A DNA stretch of 64,000 nucleotides from a bacterium. GTDB lineage: Bacteria; SAR324; XYD2-FULL-50-16. Below, piece by piece: positions 9,902 to 18,688 of the stretch (position 1 is the first letter of the stretch; every line of letters begins with the position of its first letter). The notes beneath the pieces were generated by a model. The model was given only the letters and a program-made list of their open reading frames with translations. It searched no databases and was not told the origin of the DNA. Location: positions 32,001 through 96,000 of the forward strand of contig JAVVEA010000008.1 in NCBI GenBank assembly GCA_032250835.1, read 5' to 3'. The position numbers and the translations under genes were made by a program.

Positions 9902-9928
9902 AAGGGGGCAGATATTTCATCCTGCTTT

Positions 9929-9952
9929 TATAGGGTAGGGGGCTACCCTATA
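9929..9952 (+). promoter_or_regulatory. CsoR/RcnR-family operator
   Basis: Inverted repeat TATAGGGTAG-GGGG-CTACCCTATA with central G-tract, overlapping a TATAAT at 9951-9956, directly upstream of the repressor gene. Confidence 0.75.
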
Positions 9953-9967
9953 TAATAGGAGTCCAGC

Positions 9968-10261
9968 ATGCCCGCACCGACCAAAACACACCATCACGCC
10001 AACCCAGAGACCAAAGCCAAGGTCATCAGTCGGTTAAAGAAGATTGAGGGGCAGGTGCGCGCCCTGTCCAAGATGGTCGAAGAGGATGTTTATTGTGATG
10101 AAGTGCTCAATCTATTCGCTTCGGTTAAGGCGGCACTAAACGGGGCTAGGGATGTGGTGCTCGAAGACCACGTTGGGCATTGCCTAGCCGAACAAATGCA
10201 AACCGACCCGAATAAAGCCACGGCGGAGCTGATGCACCTCATCAAGAAGGTTTCGACTTGA
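9968..10261 (+). CDS. CsoR/RcnR-family metal-sensing repressor
   Basis: RLKKIEGQVRAL..MVEED.YC…EDHVGHC; N-terminal HHH. Confidence 0.92.
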   Translation: MPAPTKTHHHANPETKAKVISRLKKIEGQVRALSKMVEEDVYCDEVLNLFASVKAALNGARDVVLEDHVGHCLAEQMQTDPNKATAELMHLIKKVST

Positions 10262-10302
10262 GGGCTTTAGCCCCCAAAGGAACTCCAAAACAAAGGACCG
10301 CG

Positions 10303-11250
10303 ATGGATTCTTACGATCCCGAGCTTTGGGAACACGACCACGGCTACCGCATTGACGATGGCAGCAACGAGCGGCGGACATCATTAGTGGTGGTCTTGAC
10401 GGTAGTGACCATGGCCGCCGAAATCGCGGCAGGTTACCTCTTTGGTTCCATGGCGTTACTGGCCGACGGCTGGCACATGGGTACCCACGCGACGGCCCTA
10501 GGCATAGCTGTTTTTGCCTATAGGTATGCCCGCAACCACAAGGACGACCGGCGCTTCAGCTTCGGTACCGGCAAGGTGGGCTCCCTGGGCGGTTTTGGTA
10601 GTTCCATTCTTTTAGGCGTGGTGGCCTTGTCGGTGGTCTACGAGTCGGTCGAGCGGCTGATCACTCCCCGGCCCATCCATTATACGGAATCCATTCTGGT
10701 GGCCCTGTTGGGATTGCTGGTCAACTTGGTCAGTGCCTTCATCTTGCGCGACCATCATGACCACCACGACCACCACCCTGGGCAGGAACAGGACCACGGA
10801 CCGGCCCACAGCCACCAGCACGACCACAACATGCGGGCCGCCTATCTTCATGTGGTAGCCGATGCTTTGACCTCGGTCTTGGCCATTGTGGCGCTCCTGG
10901 CTGGGAAATATTTTGGCTGGGCCTTTATGGACCCAGTCATGGGATTGGTTGGTTCGGTGCTGATTGCGCGGTGGGCGGTGATCTTGGCCCGCGAGTCGGG
11001 TGCCGTGCTGCTCGACAGCAGCGTAGACCTGGACTTGATCCAAGAAATCAAAGAAGAGATCGAGCGGTTTGACGACCACCGCGTTTCGGACTTACATGTC
11101 TGGAAAATCGGTACAAAACAATTGGCCGCCATTGTGTCGGTGGTCACGCAACATCCCAAACCACCGGAATATTTTAAGGGCATCCTCGCCAAATACCCAC
11201 GCATCGTGCATCTGGCGGTGGAAGTCAATTCGGGCGAGCGGCTCTTATGA
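10303..11250 (+). CDS. dmeF: CDF-family Co/Ni efflux transporter DmeF
   Basis: GSMALLADGWHMGTH, FGTGKV, His-rich loop, NMRAAYLHVVADALTS, DLHVW. Confidence 0.9.
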   Translation: MDSYDPELWEHDHGYRIDDGSNERRTSLVVVLTVVTMAAEIAAGYLFGSMALLADGWHMGTHATALGIAVFAYRYARNHKDDRRFSFGTGKVGSLGGFGSSILLGVVALSVVYESVERLITPRPIHYTESILVALLGLLVNLVSAFILRDHHDHHDHHPGQEQDHGPAHSHQHDHNMRAAYLHVVADALTSVLAIVALLAGKYFGWAFMDPVMGLVGSVLIARWAVILARESGAVLLDSSVDLDLIQEIKEEIERFDDHRVSDLHVWKIGTKQLAAIVSVVTQHPKPPEYFKGILAKYPRIVHLAVEVNSGERLL

Positions 11251-11704
11251 GAAACCCCTTCGAAAGCGTCTGCCGCCGCTTCCTGCAAAGTTGGCCAGCT
11301 GGCCAAGGAGCTTCGCATCAAACAAACCCAACCCTTTGCCTTGAGATTGCTTTGACCGCCAAAGACCCCCAATTGATTTGGGGGCTCTATTTCAGCCTGC
11401 TCTGTGCGGCAGGTTGGCTTTTTTGTCCGCCGGTTTCCAACCATTTGGTGGACCGGCCCCAGGGCACCCCTATTGCTTTCGAAGACGACCACCAACATGA
11501 ATCCCCGCAAGAGCACAACGACCGCTCGAAGCGAAAGCGGCTTTCCTTCCTGTGGCCTCCACTTGCGGCCCCCAAAGCCGATTGGGCTGGATAAGAAGGC
11601 GTGCGTACCAACTCCTTCCAGCTGGGTTACCGATCGTCCTGCTTCATTAGCCTCGTTTTCCGGTACCCCACACAAATTCACGATACCTTAGTTTAGGAGA
11701 CTCC

Positions 11705-12502
11705 ATGCTTGGATGGTTTGTTGGTGATGCCCAGGCGCATGGCATTTCGCCCGAAGCGATCAAAAACATGATCGACGGCGGTTATGCCGCCTACATTGGC
11801 CTGGGTGCCGAACACATGCTGACGGGATACGATCACTTACTCTTTTTGTTCGGGGTGATCTTTTTCCTTTACCGCTTCAAGGATGTCTTGAAGTTTATTT
11901 CGGCCTTCACGCTAGGCCACAGCGTCACCTTGATTCTCGCTACCTTCTTAGGGATCAAGGCCAACGCTTATCTGATCGATGCGGTGATTGCCCTGACGGT
12001 GATCTACAAAGGATTCGAGAACCTTGACGGGTTTAAACGGTATCTCGACCTCAAAGTGCCCAATTTGCTAAGCATGGTGTTTCTTTTTGGTCTGATCCAC
12101 GGCTTCGGCCTTTCGACGCGCCTACAGCAATTGCCGCTGGATTTCGAGCCCTTGGAGTTGCTGGGGCGTATCGTCGCCTTCAACGTCGGGGTCGAACTGG
12201 GCCAGATCACGGCTTTGGCGGTGATGATCGTCTTGATCAGCATGTGGCGGCATTCGTCCAGCTTTAGGAAATTCAGCCGATTATCGAACCTGGCGTTGGT
12301 TTTTGTCGGTTTCTTGCTGTTCATGATGCAGGTCCATGGCTACCAACACACAGCCCAGCCGGACGATTTCGGTTTTTCTGAAGACAACCACTACCACGCC
12401 CATGAGAAGATAGATCAACAGGAGTCCAGGGATAAAGGAATCCCGGAGCCATACCGCAAGTCCTTCTTCGAACGGAAAGTCCAACAACCCATAATGGAAT
12501 AG
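11705..12502 (+). CDS. HupE/UreJ-family membrane protein (Ni/Co permease-like)
   Basis: LGAEHMLTGYDHLLFL, FTLGHSVTL, FGLIHGFG, FNVGVELGQ. Confidence 0.9.
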   Translation: MLGWFVGDAQAHGISPEAIKNMIDGGYAAYIGLGAEHMLTGYDHLLFLFGVIFFLYRFKDVLKFISAFTLGHSVTLILATFLGIKANAYLIDAVIALTVIYKGFENLDGFKRYLDLKVPNLLSMVFLFGLIHGFGLSTRLQQLPLDFEPLELLGRIVAFNVGVELGQITALAVMIVLISMWRHSSSFRKFSRLSNLALVFVGFLLFMMQVHGYQHTAQPDDFGFSEDNHYHAHEKIDQQESRDKGIPEPYRKSFFERKVQQPIME

Positions 12503-12506
12503 CGCG

Positions 12507-12875
12507 ATGCAAACCAGAAGAAACTTAGTTCAGTTATTGATGATAGGGCTTTTTGCCTTCCTCTTGATCCCGGCGGCCTTTGCCCACGGCGGCCACGGAC
12601 AGCCCGATCCGCTCTCGAAAGCCGAGTTGGGGGAGCTGGCAAAGGAATACCTGAATCGATTGGTGGACGAAGGTTACCCTGTGGTTGGAAAAGCCCTGGG
12701 TGCCGAATGGAAGAACGTCGACTCTTCGAAGGTGGAGGTCCAGGTGCTGAAGTTCGGCTTTTATCAAGTTCAGGCCCAGCACCCCAAAGGGGGCGAAAAA
12801 ATTTACCTACTGATCAACCCGAACGGTCAGTTGAGTGACATCAATTTTAAAGGGGATTTCGGCGCTCTGAAATGA
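12507..12875 (+). CDS. Exported protein with N-terminal HGGH after the signal peptide (DUF6488-like, putative metal binding)
   Basis: Signal peptide …PAAFA|HGGHG; C-terminal YLLINPNGQLSDINFKG; operonic with HupE/UreJ. Confidence 0.65.
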   Translation: MQTRRNLVQLLMIGLFAFLLIPAAFAHGGHGQPDPLSKAELGELAKEYLNRLVDEGYPVVGKALGAEWKNVDSSKVEVQVLKFGFYQVQAQHPKGGEKIYLLINPNGQLSDINFKGDFGALK

Positions 12876-12876
12876 A

Positions 12877-12904
12877 GCCGCCTTCCCCGTACGGGGAAGG
12901 TGGT
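12877..12904. terminator. GC-rich hairpin right after the metal operon
   Basis: CCTTCCCCGTACGGGGAAGG perfect palindrome; no immediate U-tract. Confidence 0.45.
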
Positions 12905-13158
12905 GAATCCCTTAAGCTTTTGTTTTGTTGTTTCGTTCGGTGGAATTGTTGGCACCGCCTCGATCTCCTCTTGGGGGATGCGGGGGCCTCAGGTAATTTG
13001 AAGGGATGGGACAGCTTTTGTGCGCCTCAATTGGCTCGGGGCTTAAGCCGCTCGCGATAGGGGGAGCCCTTATCCAGTCAAGCTTTGGGTAGCGTCAGAG
13101 CCTTTGACTCAATCCAAGGCGGCAATTGAGGGCCGGTCTAACCGCCGAACCCAAGCCG

Positions 13159-13899
13159 CTAGTAGTTGATCACCCCAACTTTGAGCTCAAAGAGCCAGTC
13201 GATGAAGCGGCCCACTTGGTCGCCTTGGTAGATCAGTCCATGCTGCGGGCAGAGCATATCGGGCTCTAATTCGGCCACCCGCTCGCACCATTGGTTTTTA
13301 TGTTCGTTAGAGCCAAACCAGCGCTTGTGGAAGCCTTCAATCAAGGGGATGTGTTTGTCAAAATCCGTCACAAAAGGGCTGTCGGCGTCATCGGTAATCA
13401 AGGCCGCGCCGGTATCCCCGGTGAAGAGGATCTTGGCTTCAGCGTCCCAGAGGTGGAAGTTGCCAGAGCTGTGCATAAAATGAGCAGGGATCGCCTGAAG
13501 GTTGAGGCCGTTCAGGTTGATCAACGTGCCTTCGTCGGGGATCAGTTCAAAGTTTTCCCGCTCCCCGCCAAAGTGCAGCATAAAGCCGATCCAAATCTTG
13601 GGCAGAAAGATTTTTAAGTCCGGGCGCATCTGAAGCCAAAGGGCCAGAGAGCTGAAAATATCGGGGTCCTGGTGGGTGCAGAAAACTCGGTCAATTTCGG
13701 CTAGGTTGGTGATCTCGGCCATAGCCGAGATGATCTCAGGGAAGACCTCGGTGCCGCCGGGGTCGGTCAACATTACCTTGGTCCCATGTTGGATTAAATA
13801 TTCTTTGGTGCCGATCAGGTGCTTAGGCCGGTGTTTGTCTTGGAAGAGACAATACCATTTGTGTTCGCCCTTCTCGTAAAAAGCCTCAAATCGCTTCAT
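13159..13899 (-). CDS. Oxygen-binding di-iron protein (ODP, MBL fold), copy 2
   Basis: DPGG, THQDPD, HFMHSSG, TGD, PQHG; ATGA overlap with copy 1 gives start MKRFE. Confidence 0.85.
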   Translation of the reverse strand: MKRFEAFYEKGEHKWYCLFQDKHRPKHLIGTKEYLIQHGTKVMLTDPGGTEVFPEIISAMAEITNLAEIDRVFCTHQDPDIFSSLALWLQMRPDLKIFLPKIWIGFMLHFGGERENFELIPDEGTLINLNGLNLQAIPAHFMHSSGNFHLWDAEAKILFTGDTGAALITDDADSPFVTDFDKHIPLIEGFHKRWFGSNEHKNQWCERVAELEPDMLCPQHGLIYQGDQVGRFIDWLFELKVGVINY

Positions 13900-14654
13900 A
13901 CCGTTAGTCCCTTGTTGCTGGTGGTGCCCACGTTTAGGGCGCGGAACCATTGCAAAAATTGTTTGACCTGAGGGCCTACATAGATGGCTCCGTGCTGCGG
14001 GCAGAGCAATTCGATGTCCATGGCCAAGGCGCGGTCGCACCACTCGTTTTTGTGGGCATTAGAGCCGAACCAGCGCCGGTGGAAGTATTCAATGTTAGGC
14101 ACATGGGCTTCAAAGTCTTCGACAAACAGCCTGCGCTGGTTGTCGGGCACTAGGGCCGCACCTACGTCGCCAGAGAAGTAGATTTTAGACGCCGGGTCAT
14201 AGAGGTGGAAGTTGCCAGCTGAGTGGCAATGGTGCGCCGGGACGACCTGTAATTTGTAGCCGTTAAATTCTAGAATCTGCCCCTTGTCTTCAATGGCAAT
14301 GTAGGTCTCGTCGGTGCCGCCAAAATGGGGCACAAAGCTCTTCCAAAGCCAGGAAATGTAACATTTGATTTCCGGGTTGATCTTCTGCCAGAGCGAAAGC
14401 GAACTGGCAATGTCCGGGTCCTGGTGGCTGGCGAAGACAAACTTGAGGTCCTTGGAGGGATCAATCAATTGCACTAGCGTGCTAAACACCGCCGGGAAGA
14501 TCGCGAAGCCCCCCGGGTCCAGCAGCATATGCTGGTCACCAACGCTGATCAGGTATTCGTTGGAGTCTAAGACATGTTCGTTTTTGTCGGGGTCTTGGTA
14601 GATAACGGTCCAGCGACGGTCGCCGCGCTCATAGAGAACATGGTGTTTCTTCAT
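13896..14654 (-). CDS. Oxygen-binding di-iron protein (ODP, MBL fold), copy 1
   Basis: NEYLI, LDPGG, SHQDPD, HHCHSAG, SGD, PQHG; no flavodoxin domain. Confidence 0.85.
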   Translation of the reverse strand: MKKHHVLYERGDRRWTVIYQDPDKNEHVLDSNEYLISVGDQHMLLDPGGFAIFPAVFSTLVQLIDPSKDLKFVFASHQDPDIASSLSLWQKINPEIKCYISWLWKSFVPHFGGTDETYIAIEDKGQILEFNGYKLQVVPAHHCHSAGNFHLYDPASKIYFSGDVGAALVPDNQRRLFVEDFEAHVPNIEYFHRRWFGSNAHKNEWCDRALAMDIELLCPQHGAIYVGPQVKQFLQWFRALNVGTTSNKGLTV

Positions 14655-14657
14655 CGA

Positions 14658-15284
14658 CTAGACCCTTTCGGCGCTCATGTTGGCAAAGAGGCTTTGGATC
14701 ATATCGAACTCCGAACTGATCTGGTCGAGCAGTTCGAAGAGACGATCGATCGACTCTTGCATAGTTTCGGTGATGATACGGAATTTTTCTTCTGATCCGG
14801 CGATGTAGACCGCCTTGATTTTACCGCCGATAGCCATGGTTTTGCCGATGTTGACCAGCGCAATCAGGTTGTCTAAGGAGCGCGACATTTGGGAGGTGTT
14901 GCGCTTGAGTTCTAAAATGCTGTATTCGGTGATCGCATTCTTGACCTTAGATAAATAGGGGGCCAGACGTTTTTGCTGGCTGCTGGCGCGGTCGTAGAGG
15001 CCGTAAAAACGGGTCATGGTCAGGAGCTGGCCAAAGCTCTGGGCCGTATCGTCGAGGCATTTGAAGGCGGTGGCCCGGCCTAAGTGGGCCGCTTCGGTGA
15101 CGTTGGCCGACATGATCTGGATCTCCGAACTGAGCTTCATGAAAGAGTCGTTGTTCGCCTGTTTCGAGGCGATGCCTGCGTTGATGGCGATGAACTCTAA
15201 TGAAGCGCATTCCTCTACCAACTCATCATAGTGGTTGGCGATGGAGACGTAGTTGTTTGAGGCCTGGCGCAATTCCTGAAGCAT
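14658..15284 (-). CDS. Soluble helical protein with two degenerate chemoreceptor (MCP) hairpin-tip motifs
   Basis: LEFIAINAGIASKQA…FMKLSSEIQIMS resembles LLALNAAIEAARAG…FAVVADEVR; second copy MAIGGKIKAVYIAG…FRIITETM; no TM. Confidence 0.55.
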   Translation of the reverse strand: MLQELRQASNNYVSIANHYDELVEECASLEFIAINAGIASKQANNDSFMKLSSEIQIMSANVTEAAHLGRATAFKCLDDTAQSFGQLLTMTRFYGLYDRASSQQKRLAPYLSKVKNAITEYSILELKRNTSQMSRSLDNLIALVNIGKTMAIGGKIKAVYIAGSEEKFRIITETMQESIDRLFELLDQISSEFDMIQSLFANMSAERV

Positions 15285-15376
15285 CGGGCGGTATTGTGTG
15301 GGTTACGGTTCGCTGCTGACAAGCTACCAACTGCGCTTCAAAACCGCAAGAATGAAAGGACTAGGCAAAATAGGAG

Positions 15377-16567
15377 TCAAGGGTTCTGGCTCAGTAATTG
15401 GCGCAACTGATCTGGCTGGTTGTGCTCTGGTGCTTCGAAAAGCGCTTCTAATAAGCGCCGCTGGGCGGCTCCCAGCGCTTTTCCTTGCAGGCCCATTTCC
15501 ATCAACGCCGCAGCGTCGAGCGCCAAATCTTTGATTTCCAGCGGGTCGCCAGCGGCCAAAATGGCTTGGATGGGGGCTAGTAGCGGTTGCTCAAATAATA
15601 CCTGGGCCGCCTGGGCCAAATCAGGGCGATCTTCTGCGGGAACTTGGGAAATGAAGGCGCGGAGCTTCGGGGTTTGCTCGGGAAGGAGCTCAGGAAAGCT
15701 GAGCAGCGCCTTGACCCGACGTTTTTCTTTTTTAGAAAGCCGCAAGTCTTCGGGCGCTTTGCTTTCGCCGCGCTCAAATGCCACCGCCCAGCCCAAGGCG
15801 GTTTGGTCCGGTAACACCAACAGCTTGGGGATTAAGTCTTGGTGCCCCTGGGGACTCAGGTGGGCTTTAAAGGGCTGCAGCGCCGTCAATTGTTCGGCCA
15901 AAAAATGGTTTGCTTTGCTGGCGTAGCGCCGCATCTTGCCTAATTCTTCATAGACCCGCTCTAAGGAAAGCACTTCGGGCAGAAAGGTCGCCTGGACTTC
16001 GGCCAACTCGGCGGGGTCGTAGCTAAAGCCTTGGGGCATCAGTCGCGCCAGCATCCGCAGATAGCGTAAAGCCCGCAAGTGGTCTTCGCGTACCCGCTGG
16101 CCCGCAGGACCCACGAAGCGGATGATTTTCTCTTGGAGGTCCACCAAGCCGCCTTCGGGGTCGCGGAATTCTCCGGTTAGGGGGTCAAAGGCAATGGCGT
16201 TGATCCGCAAGTCCCGGCGGCTTAAGTCTTCTTCGATGGTTTCGGCAAAGGAAATTTGGGCGTGCCGCCCGTCGGTGGCTACGTCGCGCCGGAAGCGGGT
16301 GACCTCAAAGGTTTGTTCCAATAAGCGGATCGTCAGGGTGCCGTGGTCCGGGCCGGTTTCAAAGACCTTGTGGAAGATGCGGCGGGTCGCCTCTAAGGGT
16401 GCATTGGTGGCCAAGTCAAAATCACCGGGGATTTCGCCGATCAAAAGGTCCCGCAGTGAGCCTCCGACTAACCAACATTGAAATCCAGCCTGGGCGTAGA
16501 GCTGGCAGACCTTTTCTAGGGGTCTTCGGCTGGGCTCGCTGAGCTGTTGGTAAAGAGACTTGATCAT
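15377..16567 (-). CDS. cca: tRNA nucleotidyltransferase (CCA-adding, class II)
   Basis: VGGSLRD, DFDLAT, EVTRF, EEDLSRRDLRINAIA, EDHLRALR. Confidence 0.85.
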   Translation of the reverse strand: MIKSLYQQLSEPSRRPLEKVCQLYAQAGFQCWLVGGSLRDLLIGEIPGDFDLATNAPLEATRRIFHKVFETGPDHGTLTIRLLEQTFEVTRFRRDVATDGRHAQISFAETIEEDLSRRDLRINAIAFDPLTGEFRDPEGGLVDLQEKIIRFVGPAGQRVREDHLRALRYLRMLARLMPQGFSYDPAELAEVQATFLPEVLSLERVYEELGKMRRYASKANHFLAEQLTALQPFKAHLSPQGHQDLIPKLLVLPDQTALGWAVAFERGESKAPEDLRLSKKEKRRVKALLSFPELLPEQTPKLRAFISQVPAEDRPDLAQAAQVLFEQPLLAPIQAILAAGDPLEIKDLALDAAALMEMGLQGKALGAAQRRLLEALFEAPEHNQPDQLRQLLSQNP

Positions 16568-16645
16568 GGGGCTTGTCGGGCGCGGTGGTAACCTTTAGGG
16601 TTGCTGGACCAGCTTACCTATAGCGCCCTCTGAAGGAAAGCCCTT

Positions 16646-17383
16646 ATGGCCAAGGAACGGATCGATAAATTGATGGTTGCCCGCGGGCTGGCCCCTAGCC
16701 GCGAGCGAGCCCAGGCCTATTTGATGGCCGGGCGCGTTTTGGTGGACGACCAACCTATTGCCAAGCCGGGCACCCAGGTGGACTTGGAGGCCGAAATCCG
16801 CCTTAAAGGCGAAGACCCTCCCTTTGTGGGCCGAGGCGGCCTTAAGCTTGCCGGAGCCCTAAAAGACTTTGGGATCAATCCCCAGGGCTGGCTATGCTTA
16901 GACGTCGGGGCCAGCACCGGCGGCTTCACCGACTGTTTATTGCAGGCCGGTGCCGCCTTTGTTTACGCCGTGGACGCCGGCACCAACCAGCTAGACCACC
17001 GGTTGCGCCAAGACCGCCGGGTCTTGAGCCTAGAAAAAACCAACTTCCGCCACGCGGACCTGAATTTGACCGGGAGCTTTGTGGATTTTGCGGTGGTGGA
17101 CGTTAGTTTCATCAGCCTGACCTTGATCTTAGCGCCGCTCAAAGCCCTGTTGGTCAAAGGGGGACAGGTGGTGGCCCTGGTCAAACCGCAGTTTGAGGTC
17201 GGCAAAGGGGGGATCGAGAAGGGCGGCGTGGTGCGCGACCCGAAGCTGCGCGAAGCGGCCATTGTGGGGGTGATTGAGGCGGCTCAAAGCTTAGGGCTGG
17301 TCTTTAAGGGCCGCATCGACAGCCCCATTGAAGGAAAGAAATCAGGCAACCTAGAGGCCTTGATCTGGCTAGAAAAGCCCTAG
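16646..17383 (+). CDS. tlyA: TlyA-family rRNA (cytidine-2'-O)-methyltransferase
   Basis: S4 domain, GRGGLKL, LDVGASTGGFTDCLL, DVSFISL, VKPQFE. Confidence 0.95.
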   Translation: MAKERIDKLMVARGLAPSRERAQAYLMAGRVLVDDQPIAKPGTQVDLEAEIRLKGEDPPFVGRGGLKLAGALKDFGINPQGWLCLDVGASTGGFTDCLLQAGAAFVYAVDAGTNQLDHRLRQDRRVLSLEKTNFRHADLNLTGSFVDFAVVDVSFISLTLILAPLKALLVKGGQVVALVKPQFEVGKGGIEKGGVVRDPKLREAAIVGVIEAAQSLGLVFKGRIDSPIEGKKSGNLEALIWLEKP

Positions 17384-17386
17384 CCT

Positions 17387-18106
17387 TTACTTTTGGCAGA
17401 AGCCGATGGAGCCTTTTTTACAGAGTTGTCCGTCCGTCCAGGTAGCGCCTAAAAATTGGGCGGCATGGATGCTGGTAGCGACTAGCTGGGCTCCGTTGAA
17501 CCTGGTCTCCTTTAAGTTGGCTCCGTTGAAGCTGGCTTCTTCTAAGACCGCCGACTCGAAGTTGCTGCCCGCTAAATTACTCAGGTCAAACTTAGTCCAA
17601 AAGAGCCGGGCTTTGCGGAAGTCGGCTTTTTGCAGATGGGCCCGTTCGGCCCTAGCTAAGGTCAGATCCGCGCCGTTGAAGCTGGCCCCCTCTCCCTTAA
17701 GGGAGATCAAGTTGGCTAGCTTGAGGTGGGCTTTGGCGAAACTAGCCCCCGAAACTTCGGCCCCTTCCAGGTCCGCTTCCTCGAGCTGGGCCCCTTCCAG
17801 TTTGGCTCCTTGTAGCAACGCCCCGCGCAGGTTGGCGTTGGCTAAATTAGCTCCGCGTAAGTCGGCGCCGCGCAAGTCAGCGCCTTCTAGGTTCGCACTT
17901 TCTAGGTTGGCTGCTTGGATGTTCGAGCCACCTAAGACCGCACCGGCTAGGTTTTCAAACTGCAAAGGCGCATTGCTTAAGTCACACTTTTGGCAAGACT
18001 TTTGGAATTTGGCGTCGCTGTAATGGTCGTTGTCAAAGGCCCAAAGCGGCGCATAAACCGCCCAACAGACCCCCAGCAGTAAAACAACCCCCTTAAATCC
18101 CCTCAT
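17387..18106 (-). CDS. Exported pentapeptide-repeat protein
   Basis: Signal peptide, CQKCDLS cap, A(N/D)LxG repeats, C-terminal WTDGQLC…GFC. Confidence 0.9.
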   Translation of the reverse strand: MRGFKGVVLLLGVCWAVYAPLWAFDNDHYSDAKFQKSCQKCDLSNAPLQFENLAGAVLGGSNIQAANLESANLEGADLRGADLRGANLANANLRGALLQGAKLEGAQLEEADLEGAEVSGASFAKAHLKLANLISLKGEGASFNGADLTLARAERAHLQKADFRKARLFWTKFDLSNLAGSNFESAVLEEASFNGANLKETRFNGAQLVATSIHAAQFLGATWTDGQLCKKGSIGFCQK

Positions 18107-18573
18107 AGGTCACAAACTCCCACCGATTTTTTCAGGCACCGCCGCCCGTCGATCCAATAGGCGTCGGAAAGGTCCGCCAGATTGAAGCCCGTGTGGTATA
18201 CCGACGCCCCGGTTAGGTTGGCTTCTTGTAATTGGGCCCGGTAAAATTCGGTTTTGGCAAGGTCGGCATGGCGTAGGTCCGCTTGGCGCAGGTCCGCTCC
18301 GCCCAAAAAGGTTTCCTTGAGGTTCGCTCCTTTGAGGCTCGCACCGGCCAACTTGGCTTTGCTCAGCTTGGCTCGGCTTAAGTCGGTATCGGAAAGATTG
18401 GCCCCGGTAAGATCTGCTTGGTTCAGGTAAAGCCCTGCTAGATTGGCCCCCGAAAGATCACAACGCGGGCATTTCCCGGTCGCGATCAGACGATCTACTT
18501 GGGCGCGTTCAAAGGCCCAGAGGGGTGTTGCGGCCAAGCAGGTCAGAATGAAAAGTGCCAGCAGACGAAACAT
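18103..18573 (-). CDS. Exported pentapeptide-repeat protein
   Basis: Signal peptide, CPRCDLS cap, ANLxG repeats, C-terminal WIDGRRC…GVC. Confidence 0.9.
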   Translation of the reverse strand: MFRLLALFILTCLAATPLWAFERAQVDRLIATGKCPRCDLSGANLAGLYLNQADLTGANLSDTDLSRAKLSKAKLAGASLKGANLKETFLGGADLRQADLRHADLAKTEFYRAQLQEANLTGASVYHTGFNLADLSDAYWIDGRRCLKKSVGVCDL

Positions 18574-18688
18574 TTTTTTAAGCTCCCAAGTAAAGGGCGG
18601 ATAACTACGGAATCAGCCATAACACAAAGACCCTTTTGGTTCAACAGGAACCGCTTCCGCTCCCCTGCCAGACAAGTTCCCAAGCGGG

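Noticed and set aside
11247-11691. ORFs 11247-11594 and 11404-11691 as genuine CDS
   Set aside because: Mutually overlapping with no family motifs; kept only as a weak leader-remnant hypothesis
13159-14654. MBL-fold genes as beta-lactamases or FprA flavodiiron reductases
   Set aside because: HQDPD motif, lack of signal peptide and lack of a flavodoxin domain fit ODP instead
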